From Gemmatimonadota bacterium (GTDB lineage Bacteria > Gemmatimonadota > Gemmatimonadetes > Palauibacterales > Palauibacteraceae): DNA of 64,000 bases. Shown piece by piece: positions 1 to 10,109 of the stretch. The stretch is taken from the NCBI GenBank assembly GCA_046758745.1, contig JBHIAV010000006.1:1-64000 (forward strand). Reading direction: 5' to 3'. Every line of letters begins with the position of its first letter. Within the stretch, counting starts at the first letter, position 1. A model generated the notes under the pieces. That model did no database searches. It was given only the letters and a program-made list of their open reading frames with translations, and was not told where the DNA came from. A program made the position numbers and the translations under genes.

Positions 1-59
1 AGTACGCCATCGAGCTGAATCGGCTCATCGAGCTGGAGATGGAGGGCAGCGTCGGCTGA
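1..59 (+). CDS. sufB: Fe-S cluster assembly protein SufB, C-terminal end (partial)
   Basis: Frame 3 reads YAIELNRLIELEMEGSVG*, the typical SufB C-terminus; lies directly upstream of sufD. Confidence 0.9.
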   Translation, partial: YAIELNRLIELEMEGSVG

Positions 60-162
60 GCCCGAGCTCTCCGGACCGTTTCGCACACGACCGGCTGCGG
101 GTGCTCGAGGCGACGGCCGCAGACGCCCGCCCCCGGTTTTGACGACTTGGAGGAAGCCCAAC

Positions 163-1518
163 GTGTCGGATACATCGGCAGCCGCGCAGCTACAAACGCC
201 GGCGGGAGAGGAGGGAGCGGTGGCCGCGTTCGAGGCGTTTGTCGATGCCGCGGACGAGCCGGAGCTCCTTCTGCGGCATCGCCGGGACGGGCTGGCGCGC
301 TACACCGAGCTTCCGATGCCGACGCGCAAGTCGGAGGAGTGGCGGTATACCGACCTCAGCGGGCTCGAACCGGAGCGGTTCCAACCGATCGCTCCGGAGG
401 CGCGCCGACAGATGGACAGGGAGGATCTCCCCGAGGCCATCCGTGCCGTGCTGGGGACCGCGCAGCGTCGGAGCGCCATCTTCGTCGAGATCGACGCGAC
501 GCCCGTGTATCAGCAGCTCGACCCGGAGCTCGACGCCGCGGGCGTCGTATACCTCCCGATCGGCGAAGCGGCGCGCTCGCGGCCGGCGCTGCTGGGGAGG
601 TTCCTGTTCGCCAGCGATGTCCCCGCCATGGAAGCGAAGCTGTGGGCACTTCACGTGGCCCTGCTTTCGAACGGGTACCTGCTCTACATCCCGCGCGATG
701 TCGTCATCCCGCATCCCGTGCACACGCTCCGGTATTTCGGGCGGGGCGGGACCGTGCTGTCGTGGCACTCCCTGATCGTCGCGGAGGCGGGGGCCGAGGT
801 GACCTGTGTCGACGAGTACCTCTCGCCCGACCTGAAAGACACATCGCTCAGCCTGGCCGGGACCGAGATTTTCGGGGGGGACAGCTCGACGGTGCGTTAC
901 CTCTCGTTGCAGCGGTACGGGGCAAGGGTGAAGCACTTCGCGATGCAGCATGCCACCGCCAGACGCGACAGCCGGCTCAGCGGGGTCAACGTCACCCTCG
1001 GGGGCGACCTATCCAGGGCGGACGTGACGAGCCGTCTCGTCGGGCCGGGAAGCGAGAGCGAGATGCTCGCTCTGTGGTTCGGGGACCGCGACCAGCACTT
1101 CGACCATCACACGCTCCAGCACCACGCCGCGCCGCATGCGCGGAGCGACCTGCTGTACAAGGGCGCGCTCACCGCGGCCGCGCGCAGCGTCTTCCGTGGT
1201 CTCATCCGGGTCGACAAGGGAGCGCAGCTCACCGATGCGTATCAGACGAACCGGAACCTCCTGCTGAGCAACGAGTCCCACGCGACGACCCTCCCGAACC
1301 TCGAGATCGAGGCCGACGACGTGCGCTGCTCGCACGGCGCCACGGTCGGCCAGGTGGACGAGGGGCAGCTCTTCTACCTGATGAGTCGCGGCCTGAGCCG
1401 CCCTCAGGCGGAACGGCTGCTCGTCTCCGGATTCTTCCACGAGGTGCTGAGCCGCGTCCCGGTGGAGGGCGTACAGGAACGGATCCGGCTGGCCATCCAG
1501 GAAAAGATCGGGATCTGA
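163..1518 (+). CDS. sufD: Fe-S cluster assembly protein SufD
   Basis: EEWRYT motif and PNLEIEADDVRCSHGATVG...FYLMSRG; GTG at 163 follows GGAGG. Confidence 0.93.
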   Translation: MSDTSAAAQLQTPAGEEGAVAAFEAFVDAADEPELLLRHRRDGLARYTELPMPTRKSEEWRYTDLSGLEPERFQPIAPEARRQMDREDLPEAIRAVLGTAQRRSAIFVEIDATPVYQQLDPELDAAGVVYLPIGEAARSRPALLGRFLFASDVPAMEAKLWALHVALLSNGYLLYIPRDVVIPHPVHTLRYFGRGGTVLSWHSLIVAEAGAEVTCVDEYLSPDLKDTSLSLAGTEIFGGDSSTVRYLSLQRYGARVKHFAMQHATARRDSRLSGVNVTLGGDLSRADVTSRLVGPGSESEMLALWFGDRDQHFDHHTLQHHAAPHARSDLLYKGALTAAARSVFRGLIRVDKGAQLTDAYQTNRNLLLSNESHATTLPNLEIEADDVRCSHGATVGQVDEGQLFYLMSRGLSRPQAERLLVSGFFHEVLSRVPVEGVQERIRLAIQEKIGI

Positions 1519-1520
1519 CG

Positions 1521-1832
1521 ATGGGTGGCTTCACGACGGTGGCGAGGCTCGACGAGGTACCCGAAGGCGCTCTGCATGGCGTGGAGGTGGACGGGGTGAG
1601 GATCGTCATCGCGAACAGCGGCGGGATGCTCTACGCCCTCAAGGATGAGTGCTCGCACGAAGAGTTCCCGCTCTCATCGGGGGAGCTCAACGGGGGTCGG
1701 ATCACGTGCATCCTGCACGGCGCCAGCTTCGATCTCGCCACCGGGGCGGTCAGGGCGCTTCCGGCCGTACGGCCGGTTCCGACGTACGAGTGTCGGGTAC
1801 AGGGGAACGAGATCCAGGTGAAGGTGGATTAG
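1521..1832 (+). CDS. Rieske-type [2Fe-2S] ferredoxin (SUF-associated)
   Basis: CSHE and CILHG Rieske ligands in the last ~103 aa of ORF 147..1832; ATG 2 nt after the sufD stop. Confidence 0.9.
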   Translation: MGGFTTVARLDEVPEGALHGVEVDGVRIVIANSGGMLYALKDECSHEEFPLSSGELNGGRITCILHGASFDLATGAVRALPAVRPVPTYECRVQGNEIQVKVD

Positions 1833-1958
1833 TGTACGGAGGTGAGCGACTGTCGGGCGGGGAGGCTCTCCCGGCTCGGGCATGCCCCATGCGGAGCCGC
1901 GAACTCGGAGAGAGCCGCCAGGCCCCCGGCGTGGCGAGAGGAGGTGAGCGTACGAGCG

Positions 1959-3224
1959 ATGAGTGAACCGGCGCCGGTCGTGACGACCCCTGTACTCGAT
2001 GTGGAGCGGGTCCGCCGGGAATTCCCCATCCTGCGGCAGACCGTGAACGGCCGCCGCCTCGTGTACCTCGACAATGCCGCAAGCTCGCAGCGGCCGGTCT
2101 CCGTCATCGACGCGATCGGGCGGTACTACCGCACTTCGCATTCCAACGTGCACCGTGGCGTGCACGAGCTTGGCAACCGGGCGACCGACGCGTACGAAGA
2201 GGCCCGGGCGACGGTCGGACGGCACATCGGGGCCAACGAGTCCGCGGAGGTGGTCTTCGTGCGCGGCACGACGGAGGCGATCAACCTGGTGGCCCGGAGC
2301 TGGGGGCTCGCAAACCTCTCCGAGGGCGACGAGATCCTCCTCACCCTCATGGAGCACCACTCGAACCTGATCCCGTGGCAGCTGGTGGCCCGAGATACCG
2401 GCGCGAGGCTCCGGTTCGTGGACGTCACGCCGGATGGTCGGCTGGCGTTCGACGACTATCGCCGCCTGCTCGGGAAGCGCACCAGACTCGTGAGCCTCAC
2501 GCACGTATCCAACACGCTCGGGGTGGTAAACCCCGTCGCCGAGGTGGCGGCTATGGCACACGAGGTCGGCGCCCTCTGCCTGGTGGACGGCGCGCAGGCC
2601 GCCCCGCACTTCGAGCTGGACATGCGGGCCCTGGGCTGCGACTTCTACGCCTTCAGCGGGCACAAGATGTGCGGGCCGACCGGGATCGGGGTCCTGTGGG
2701 CCCGGCGGGAGCTCCTCGAAGCTATGCCGCCGTACCAGGGGGGCGGGATGATGATCTCCTCGGTGAGACTGGAGGAGTCGACGTGGGCCGAGGTGCCGCA
2801 CAAGTTCGAGGCCGGCACCCCCAACGTGGCGGGAGCGGTCGGGCTGGCCGAGGCGATCCGCTACCTGGAGGGGCTCGACATGCGGGCGATACGCGCGTAC
2901 GAAAGCGAGCTGACCGCGTACGGCGTGGAGCGCCTGCGCGAGGTTCCGGGCCTGGCGCTCTACGGGCCCGCAGAAGGGCGGGCGGGCGTCTTCTCCTTCC
3001 GGTACGGAGACATCCACGCGCACGACCTGGGGACCATCCTGGATCAGCGTGGCATCGCCATCCGAGCCGGCCACCACTGTAATCAGCCCCTCATGAAGCG
3101 CCTTGGCGTGGATGCCACGGCAAGGGCGAGCCTGTACTTTTACAACACCCGGGACGAGGTCGATGCCCTGATCGAGGGGCTCCGCTTCGCGGCCAGGCTG
3201 TTCGGGGGCATCCGCCGGGCCTGA
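1959..3224 (+). CDS. sufS: Cysteine desulfurase SufS
   Basis: YLDNAASSQ, SGHKMCGPTG (PLP lysine) and RAGHHC (catalytic Cys); GGAGG upstream. Confidence 0.95.
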   Translation: MSEPAPVVTTPVLDVERVRREFPILRQTVNGRRLVYLDNAASSQRPVSVIDAIGRYYRTSHSNVHRGVHELGNRATDAYEEARATVGRHIGANESAEVVFVRGTTEAINLVARSWGLANLSEGDEILLTLMEHHSNLIPWQLVARDTGARLRFVDVTPDGRLAFDDYRRLLGKRTRLVSLTHVSNTLGVVNPVAEVAAMAHEVGALCLVDGAQAAPHFELDMRALGCDFYAFSGHKMCGPTGIGVLWARRELLEAMPPYQGGGMMISSVRLEESTWAEVPHKFEAGTPNVAGAVGLAEAIRYLEGLDMRAIRAYESELTAYGVERLREVPGLALYGPAEGRAGVFSFRYGDIHAHDLGTILDQRGIAIRAGHHCNQPLMKRLGVDATARASLYFYNTRDEVDALIEGLRFAARLFGGIRRA

Positions 3225-3275
3225 GGCGCGGCGAGTTCGGGACGCTTCTTCCTTATTCCCGCCCGATAGCGAGAG

Positions 3276-3770
3276 ATGCCTGACTCCGAGACACCGTCCG
3301 CCTTCGACCGGTCGGTTCCATCTTCCCTGAGCCGGCTGTACCAGGAGGTGATCCTCGACCACTACCGCAGGCCTCGAAACAAGGGCCCCCTCCCCGACGC
3401 GACGCACCGGATCACCATGAACAACCCGTTGTGCGGGGACATCATCGACCTCCACCTGCAGGTGGACCGCGACCGCGTGGTGGACGCCCGCTTCGAGGGA
3501 ACCGGTTGCTCGATCAGCCAGGCGTCGGCCTCCATGATGACGGCTCGCCTCAAGGGAAAGACGGTGCGAGACGCCCTCCGACTGGCAGCGAAGTTCACCC
3601 GGTTGCTCCACGGAGATTCGGAAGCGGCGGTCGACTCCGAGCTCGGCGATCTGCGGTCCCTCGCCGGAGTCTCCAGGTTCCCGGTCCGAATCAAGTGCGC
3701 CCTCCTCGCCTGGAACTGCCTGGAGGAGCTGGTGGGGAAGGGGGAGCGGGCGAAGCGAGCCTCCGGCTGA
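3276..3770 (+). CDS. sufU: SUF system sulfur-transfer/scaffold protein SufU
   Basis: LYQEVILDHY, NPLCGD, GCSISQASASMM and RIKCA motifs. Confidence 0.93.
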   Translation: MPDSETPSAFDRSVPSSLSRLYQEVILDHYRRPRNKGPLPDATHRITMNNPLCGDIIDLHLQVDRDRVVDARFEGTGCSISQASASMMTARLKGKTVRDALRLAAKFTRLLHGDSEAAVDSELGDLRSLAGVSRFPVRIKCALLAWNCLEELVGKGERAKRASG

Positions 3771-3858
3771 TCGCGTGTTGCCCCCTTCGCACGCCCACCT
3801 CTCCTTCCGTCCCCACCACCCCCTCACCGACGCCGGACGGCGCCGTCCGTCCCCCTAG

Positions 3859-4770
3859 ATGCCTGAGGCGCTGACCGGACTGGTGCTCGGCATGGCGGCC
3901 GGCGTCTACCGCGTCGAGGCCGGCAAGGAGGTGCTCGAGTGCACCCTACGAGGACGCATCCGCCAGAGGGACCGCGGTCGCGTGGCGGTCGGCGACCGGG
4001 TGCGCGTGGAACGGCTGCCGGACGGGAGCTGCCGCATTGTGGAGCGCCTCCCACGGGGAAAGGTGCTGCGCCGGCGAGGACCGACGGGTCGGCAGGAGCG
4101 AGTGATCGCGGCCAACGTGGACCAGGTGACGGCGGTGTGCTCGGTGACGCGGCCCGACCCCGACTTTCGCATGATCGATCGAATCCTGGCGTTGGCCGAG
4201 CTCAACGACCTCGCCGGCCTGGTGGTGGTGAACAAGATCGACCTCGCGCCCGCGAGCCCGCACCCGGTTCCCGCCGCCTTCGAGGCGTACGAGCGCGCGG
4301 GATATCCGGTTCTCGGGACAAGCGTGCGCACGGAGGCCGGGCTCCAGGAGCTGTCCACCCGACTCGCGCACCGCGTATCGGTCTTCACCGGGGCTTCGGG
4401 CGTAGGAAAGTCAAGCTTGGCGAATCGGCTGATACCCGGGCTCAAGCTGCGCGTGGGCGCCGTGGGAGATCGTCGGGGGCGAGGCCGCCACACCACCGTC
4501 TCCGCCTCGCTCATCCCGCTCCCCGCCGGCGGCTACCTGGCCGACACCCCCGGCTTCCAGTACGTGGGGGTGGGCGAGGTTCCGGTGCGCGACCTCTCCC
4601 GCGCCTTTCCCGAGTTCCGTCCGCACCTGAGCCGCTGCCGCTTCTCCGACTGCCGGCACCGTGAGGAGCCAGATTGCGCGGTGCGCGCGGCTGTCGATGC
4701 GGGTCAGGTGGCCCAGCGGCGGTACGAGAGTTACCTGACCCTGTTGGAGGAGGCGGGAGCCGATGTTTGA
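3859..4770 (+). CDS. rsgA: Ribosome small subunit-dependent GTPase RsgA
   Basis: Circularly permuted GTPase motifs NKID, GASGVGKSS, GRHTT, DTPG and C-terminal Zn finger CRFSDCRHREEPDC. Confidence 0.95.
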   Translation: MPEALTGLVLGMAAGVYRVEAGKEVLECTLRGRIRQRDRGRVAVGDRVRVERLPDGSCRIVERLPRGKVLRRRGPTGRQERVIAANVDQVTAVCSVTRPDPDFRMIDRILALAELNDLAGLVVVNKIDLAPASPHPVPAAFEAYERAGYPVLGTSVRTEAGLQELSTRLAHRVSVFTGASGVGKSSLANRLIPGLKLRVGAVGDRRGRGRHTTVSASLIPLPAGGYLADTPGFQYVGVGEVPVRDLSRAFPEFRPHLSRCRFSDCRHREEPDCAVRAAVDAGQVAQRRYESYLTLLEEAGADV

Positions 4771-5386
4771 CGCAGCCTCCTTGCGCGCGCGGCTGGAGGA
4801 GACGCTGGCCGTCCGCCGTCCGCGGGTGATCGGCGACGACGCGTGCGACGCGCGGGCGGCCGTTGCGCTCATCCTGCGGGCCGGGCCGGGGAATCTGCCG
4901 CAGGCCGGGGCGGAGGTCCCGGGAGCGGAGGTCCTCTTCGTGCGGCGGGCCGATGCTCCCGGCGATCCCTGGTCCGGCCACACGGCCCTGCCCGGCGGGC
5001 GGGTCTCCTCGGCCGATCGGAATCTGATGGAAACGGCACGGCGCGAGACCAGGGAGGAGACCGGGCTCGACCTGGCTCCAGCCGATTTCCTCGGCCGGCT
5101 GGATGACATCCACCCGTTGAACGCTCACCTTCCATCTATCGCGGTGACTCCGTTCGTCGCCTGGCCAGGGGGGGCGGGAGTCGTGCGGGAGAGTCCCGAG
5201 CTCGCCGGACACGTGTGGATCCCGGTGGGCGCCCTCTTGGATCCGACCTTCCGCTCCTGGTATCGGCCTCCCAGGCTCCGGGAGCGGGCGTACCCGGCGA
5301 TCGCATACGCGGGCGAAGTCATCTGGGGGCTCACGTTCAAGATCGTGGAGGACTTCCTGTCCCGTCTGGAGTGCGACGCTCGGTGA
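4763..5386 (+). CDS. Nudix hydrolase, CoA pyrophosphatase-like
   Basis: DPWSGHTALPGG followed by Nudix box TARRETREETG; C-terminal IWGLT. Confidence 0.85.
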   Translation: MFDAASLRARLEETLAVRRPRVIGDDACDARAAVALILRAGPGNLPQAGAEVPGAEVLFVRRADAPGDPWSGHTALPGGRVSSADRNLMETARRETREETGLDLAPADFLGRLDDIHPLNAHLPSIAVTPFVAWPGGAGVVRESPELAGHVWIPVGALLDPTFRSWYRPPRLRERAYPAIAYAGEVIWGLTFKIVEDFLSRLECDAR

Positions 5387-7029
5387 TGCCGGCCGGTCGC
5401 ACGGGACGCACGCGCGCCCTCCTCGCCGCCGCTCTCGCCCTGGTGGTCTTCGCCGTCACGATGTGGGCGCGGGCGCCGGTGGGCGCCGGGGTCTACTACG
5501 ACGACGGCGTCTACCTCGCTCTCGGCCGTTCCCTGGCCGAGGGCGAAGGCTACCGGTACGCCAACCTTCCGGGCTCCGTGCCGGGCGTGAAGTACCCGCC
5601 GCTCTTCCCCGTGGTACTCGCCGCCGGCTGGAAGCTGTTCGGTCCCTACCCCGGGAGCCTTCCGGCGCTCAAGGCGGTGAACGCGGCGCTGTGGGGCGGG
5701 GCGGCCGCGGCCACGTTCCTGCTCTTCGCAGTCGGGGGAGGGCGACGTCTGGTGGCGATGACGGCGGTGACCGTCTTCGGGTTCCTCTCGGTTCCGGCGC
5801 TGTCCATCGCCACGGTGCTCCTCTCCGAGCCGCTTTTCCTCCTCCTCGCGGCGTCGGCGCTCCTAGCGTCCCTCCGGGCCCACAAGGGCCGGCCGGCGAT
5901 CGCCGGCGGCGAAGCGCCAGGCGAAGCGGGCCTCCCGGCGGCCACCCTGGCCGCGGGCGCGCTGGCCGCGGCGGCCTTTCTCACGCGCTCGATCGGGATC
6001 GCGGCGGCGGCGGCCGTGGCCTGCGCGGCGCTCGCCGCCGGCGCCGGGCATCGCCCGGCCGGGGGACGCCTCCGCGGCGTGGCCCTCGCGCTCCTCTTCC
6101 CCGCGCTCGCCGCGGTGGGCTGGTTCGCGTGGACCGCCGCGGCGGGCGGAGGCGTCCCCCGAATCGCCGCCGGACAATACGGCGCTTACGCAGGATGGTA
6201 CCTGGATGGGATCGGGGACGACCTGGCGGGACGGATCCGACTGATCGCCGGCTCGGCCTGGCCCGTCTTCCTCTCCACCCTCGAGGTCGTGTGGATCCCC
6301 GAGGCGCCCCCATGGGCGGGGCGGGTGGTGGTGCTCCTTCTCGGCGCTCTGGCGGTGCTCGGCGGTCGCTCGGCGTTCCGCCGCAACCCGGCGCTTCCCC
6401 TGTTCGTTCTTTTCTATCTCGCCCTCGTCGCCGTCTGGCCGTATGAGCCCGACCGCTTCTTCTGGACGATCCACCCCTTCCTCACGCTGCTCGCCGCGGA
6501 AGGAGTCGCGGAGGCGATTCCCACGCTGCGCGCGGATCTCCCGCGGCTCGGCGTGCCGGCCGCCGCCGTGGGCCTCACCTTCATCGCCATCAACACGGCT
6601 CGCTACGAGCTGCGAGGCTACGCGCGGCGGGCGTGGGAGCTCCCGCAGCAGGCGCCGGCGGCGGCCTTCGCCCCCCTTGTCGCCTGGATCCGGGAGAACA
6701 CGCCGGCAGAAGCGATCGTCGCCTCACGGCTAGACCCGTTCGTGTACTGGGAGACAGGGCGCTTGGCGGTCCCGTCGTGGCAGTTCCTCCCGACCGACTA
6801 CGGCCGCTACGAACGTGACCCCGCCACGCTGGCCGCGGGCCTGGAAGCGATCCGCGAAGCCTTTCGGCCCGACTACGTGGCGGTGCTGCGAGGAGACAAC
6901 AAGCCGTATCTGACGGCCGCCGCCTACGCCGAGGCGTATCCGGACCGCATCGAGTTGGCGTACGGCGGCGCTGGGGAAGGGGAACCAGGCGTGGTGTACC
7001 GCCTTCTCAGTCCACCCAATCCGCCATGA
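5386..7029 (+). CDS. Polytopic membrane protein, probable GT-C fold glycosyltransferase (ArnT/PMT-like)
   Basis: Many hydrophobic segments; YYDDGVYLALGRSLAEG and YPPLFP after the first TM helix; ATG overlaps the upstream stop (TGATG). Confidence 0.65.
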   Translation: MPAGRTGRTRALLAAALALVVFAVTMWARAPVGAGVYYDDGVYLALGRSLAEGEGYRYANLPGSVPGVKYPPLFPVVLAAGWKLFGPYPGSLPALKAVNAALWGGAAAATFLLFAVGGGRRLVAMTAVTVFGFLSVPALSIATVLLSEPLFLLLAASALLASLRAHKGRPAIAGGEAPGEAGLPAATLAAGALAAAAFLTRSIGIAAAAAVACAALAAGAGHRPAGGRLRGVALALLFPALAAVGWFAWTAAAGGGVPRIAAGQYGAYAGWYLDGIGDDLAGRIRLIAGSAWPVFLSTLEVVWIPEAPPWAGRVVVLLLGALAVLGGRSAFRRNPALPLFVLFYLALVAVWPYEPDRFFWTIHPFLTLLAAEGVAEAIPTLRADLPRLGVPAAAVGLTFIAINTARYELRGYARRAWELPQQAPAAAFAPLVAWIRENTPAEAIVASRLDPFVYWETGRLAVPSWQFLPTDYGRYERDPATLAAGLEAIREAFRPDYVAVLRGDNKPYLTAAAYAEAYPDRIELAYGGAGEGEPGVVYRLLSPPNPP

Positions 7030-8122
7030 AGAGGTTGGTCTCCCCCTCGAGCTCGTTGTTGCGGTTCGATGCCCAAACGAGGCGGGAGCCCTCCGAGTCG
7101 AACATCGGGAAGCCATCGAAGTCGGGGTGGTGCGTGATCCGCTCCAGGCCGGTACCGTCCACCGCGATCGCGTAGAGATCGAACTCGCGGCCGCGCGGGT
7201 TCTCCAGGTTCGACGCGAAGATGATCCGCTTTCCGTCCGGGAAGAAGTACGGCCCGAAGTTCGCGGCGCCGTTGTCGGTGAGCTGCCTCTTCCCAGTCCC
7301 ATCTTCGTTCATCACGAAGATCTCCAGCTGCGTCGGGCGAACCAGATTCAGCCGCAGGAGCGCCCGGTACTCGGCCAGCACCTCCTCCTCGCTCGGATGG
7401 TGTGCGCGGTAGACGATCTGGCTCCCATCGTAGGAGAAGAACGGCCCGCCGTCGTAGCCCTCCTCGTCCGTGAGGCGCCGCACGTCCCTCCCATCGCTCC
7501 TCATCTTGTAGATGTCCAGGTCACCGTCGCGGACGGATGTGAAGACGATCCACTCCCCGTCACGCGAGATGGTCGCCTCCGCATCGTAGCCCGGCGTGTC
7601 GGTGAGGCGGGTGAGGTTGGAGCCGTCCGTGTCGGCCACGAAGATGTCGTACCCGGGGTAGACCGCCCACACGTAGCCCATCGAGTAGTCTGGCGGAGGG
7701 GGGCAGGCCTTCCCGGCGAGGTGAGTGGAGGAGAAGAGGATCCGCTCGCCGCCGGGGAAGAAGTAGCCGCAGGTCGTGCGGCCGGCCCCGGTGCTGACTC
7801 TTCGCAGCCCGGTGCCGTCCACCCGGATCGTGTACTGCTGGTCGCAGTGCGCTCCCCGGGGCGTGGCCTGGAAGATCAGCCGCTCGCCATCGGCCGAAAA
7901 GTACGCTTCGGCGTTCTGACCCCCGAAGGTGAGCTGGCGAATGTTCCTCAGATGCGTCTCCGCCTCCACTCGGAGCGAAGGAACCCCGGCTCCGGCGTCG
8001 GCGAACGCATCGCTCGCCGCGGACCGAGAAGGCTCTTCCTCTTTGGCCCGCGCACCGTCTGAGCAGCCTGCGACGCTCGTCGCCGCCAGGAGGAGGGAGG
8101 CGATCCGTCGACCTCCCGTCAC
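7007..8122 (-). CDS. TolB-like PD40 beta-propeller lipoprotein
   Basis: Lipobox VAGC; repeats of the type QLT...AEAYFSADG, YDAEATISRDG, YDGGPFFSYDG, FDGFPMFDSEG. Confidence 0.85.
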   Translation of the reverse strand: MTGGRRIASLLLAATSVAGCSDGARAKEEEPSRSAASDAFADAGAGVPSLRVEAETHLRNIRQLTFGGQNAEAYFSADGERLIFQATPRGAHCDQQYTIRVDGTGLRRVSTGAGRTTCGYFFPGGERILFSSTHLAGKACPPPPDYSMGYVWAVYPGYDIFVADTDGSNLTRLTDTPGYDAEATISRDGEWIVFTSVRDGDLDIYKMRSDGRDVRRLTDEEGYDGGPFFSYDGSQIVYRAHHPSEEEVLAEYRALLRLNLVRPTQLEIFVMNEDGTGKRQLTDNGAANFGPYFFPDGKRIIFASNLENPRGREFDLYAIAVDGTGLERITHHPDFDGFPMFDSEGSRLVWASNRNNELEGETNLFMADWVD

Positions 8123-8394
8123 CCGGCAAGCTCCGCCCGAATCGCGTTCTCGAGCTCTGCGACGATATCCGACCAGGCGATCTCTTCCGCCTTGGTCACC
8201 GTGATGAAGTTGTCGACCAGGAAGAGGGCACGGACGCCGTTCACCGCGAACAGCCTCGCGGCGAGCGAGTCGCCCTCGGTGGCGGAGGGATCGAAGTAGG
8301 ACCGGCCGCTCGTCACCGGCAGGGGGCGGTCCAGGACGAACTTCGCCGCGTTCGGATTCGGCGTCCCCTCGACCGTGACGTTCAGCTCAGCCAT
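8119..8394 (-). CDS. Stand-alone NifU/Nfu N-terminal domain protein
   Basis: TPNPNAAKF...LFAVNGV...NFITVTK...W pattern; GGAG before ATG 8394. Confidence 0.8.
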   Translation of the reverse strand: MAELNVTVEGTPNPNAAKFVLDRPLPVTSGRSYFDPSATEGDSLAARLFAVNGVRALFLVDNFITVTKAEEIAWSDIVAELENAIRAELAG

Positions 8395-8582
8395 GCCCGA
8401 CTCCCTGTTGGGCTTCCCCCCGGCGCGGGTCCGGCCACCTCCCGACACGAGCGTCGGATTCCTGCGCAGCGCCGCGTCAATGTACCCGGGGGGCTCTGAC
8501 CCAGAAAGGCGCCCGGGGGCGCACATCCGCCCCGCGCTCGCTCCTCCCCAGGTCTCGAGCGGCGCGAACCGGGCCTCTCTAA

Positions 8583-8611
8583 TAGCTAGCCTCGGCGGGG
8601 ACGGCTGTCAG
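8583..8611 (-). promoter_or_regulatory. Putative sigma-70 promoter for the Nfu-N/PD40 pair
   Basis: Minus strand CTGACA-N17-TAGCTA in a locally AT-rich patch. Confidence 0.35.
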
Positions 8612-8716
8612 TCGGGAACGGTCGGCGCCGGCCTGTGGGGAATCTCCCCACACGGCGAGCCGGCCGGAGCCGGGGGGCGAAAGCCGCGGCATCCGAGATG
8701 TCGGCGCTCGGGCCGG

Positions 8717-10096
8717 TTACTCCTCCCCCTCAACCTCGAACAGAATCCGGTCGAGCGCTCGCGTGGCGGCATCCAAGAGCTGACGCGCGATGGTGAGGGG
8801 CGGGGAGAGAGAGATCACGTTGCCGTCCGGGCCGCCGGCGAGAAGGATCCAGCCGCGACGCAGGCCGGACACCACCACCCTTCGCGCCAGGGCGGCGTGG
8901 GGAGCCCGGCTCCCGAGGTCCCGCACGAGATCGAGCCCCACGATGAAGCCGCACCCGCGCACATCGCCGACGGCGGGGTGTCGCGACGCCATCTCCGCGA
9001 GACGTGCCCTCCAGCGCTCGCCCTCCTCGGCGGCGCGCCCCGCCAGCTCCTTCCCTTCGAGGACCTCCAGCGAGGCGAGGGCGGCGGCGCACGCCGGCGG
9101 GTTCCCCAGGAAGGTGGAGGTGTGTATGGCCTCGCCCTCGGACCCGGGCCACGCCTCCATCACCTCGCCGCTCCCGATGCAGGCCGAGAGGGGGAGGCTT
9201 CCGGAAAGGGCCTTTCCGACTACGAGCAGATCGGGGACCACGCCTTCGTGCTCGCAGGCGAAGCGGACTCCGGTGCGGCCGAAACCGGTGAAGATCTCGT
9301 CGGCAATGAGGAGAATCCCTCGCTCCCGGCAGAGCTCGGAGAGCCGTCGCAGGAAGCCCGGCGGAGGCACCACCCCACCGCCCCGACCCTGGATCGGTTC
9401 GACGATGAGCGCCCCGACGGATGAGCCGGCTTCCGTGTCGAGCCTCGTCTCCACGGCCCGAATCGCCGCCGTAGCAAGCTCCGCCTCCCCGCGCAGCTCG
9501 TCTGGGGTGCGGTAGGGGTCGGGATAGGGCGCGCGGACGACATGCGGGTTCAGCTGAACCTCGAACGGGGCACGGAAGTGTGCTCCGTCGGTGACCGCCA
9601 GGGCTCCGTAGGTGAGGCCATGATAGGCGCCGGTGAAGGCGAGCACGCCCGGCTTGCCGGTATACAGCACCGCCGTCTTCAGCGCGATCTCCACCGCCTC
9701 GCCCCCCGAGGAGGCGAGGACGGCGCGCGCTCCGGGAAGCGGAGCGAGGGAGGTCAGCCGCTCGAGCAGGCGGACCTTGGCCACGGGAGGGTGTACGTCG
9801 CCCATGCCGTGCGGGATCCGACCGGTCTGTGCCCGTATCGCGGCGACCACGCGCGGGTGGGCGTGACCGACGGCGGCCACCCCAAAGCCTGCCGTCAGAT
9901 CGACGTACCGGTTTCCGTCGGCGTCCCACACGTTGCTGCCCCGGGCCCGATCCCAGAAGATGGGGAAATCGTCCGCCAGGCTGGTGACGTTGCGCGATTC
10001 GACCCGCGCGAGACGGGCCGCCAGCCGGCGGGAGCGTCCAGCTGGTGGAGTGAAGCGAACACGCGGCAGCTGGTTGCCTCGGGTAGATCTCGTCAT
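8717..10096 (-). CDS. Class III PLP-dependent aminotransferase (GabT/ArgD-like)
   Basis: DADGNRYVDL, GGEAVE, YHG, EPIQGRGG, IADEIFTGFGRTG, VGKALSG and HTSTFLGNP motifs; ATG at 10096. Confidence 0.9.
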   Translation of the reverse strand: MTRSTRGNQLPRVRFTPPAGRSRRLAARLARVESRNVTSLADDFPIFWDRARGSNVWDADGNRYVDLTAGFGVAAVGHAHPRVVAAIRAQTGRIPHGMGDVHPPVAKVRLLERLTSLAPLPGARAVLASSGGEAVEIALKTAVLYTGKPGVLAFTGAYHGLTYGALAVTDGAHFRAPFEVQLNPHVVRAPYPDPYRTPDELRGEAELATAAIRAVETRLDTEAGSSVGALIVEPIQGRGGGVVPPPGFLRRLSELCRERGILLIADEIFTGFGRTGVRFACEHEGVVPDLLVVGKALSGSLPLSACIGSGEVMEAWPGSEGEAIHTSTFLGNPPACAAALASLEVLEGKELAGRAAEEGERWRARLAEMASRHPAVGDVRGCGFIVGLDLVRDLGSRAPHAALARRVVVSGLRRGWILLAGGPDGNVISLSPPLTIARQLLDAATRALDRILFEVEGEE

Positions 10097-10109
10097 CGGC
10101 GGAGAGCTT

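Noticed and set aside
147..1520. Long N-terminal extension of the Rieske ferredoxin
   Set aside because: Out-of-frame overlap with sufD; the real start is 1521
8540..8560. yybP-ykoY riboswitch-like words (CGAGACC, GGGGAG) on the minus strand
   Set aside because: They are in the wrong order and the CGUCAAU-like loop is on the opposite strand
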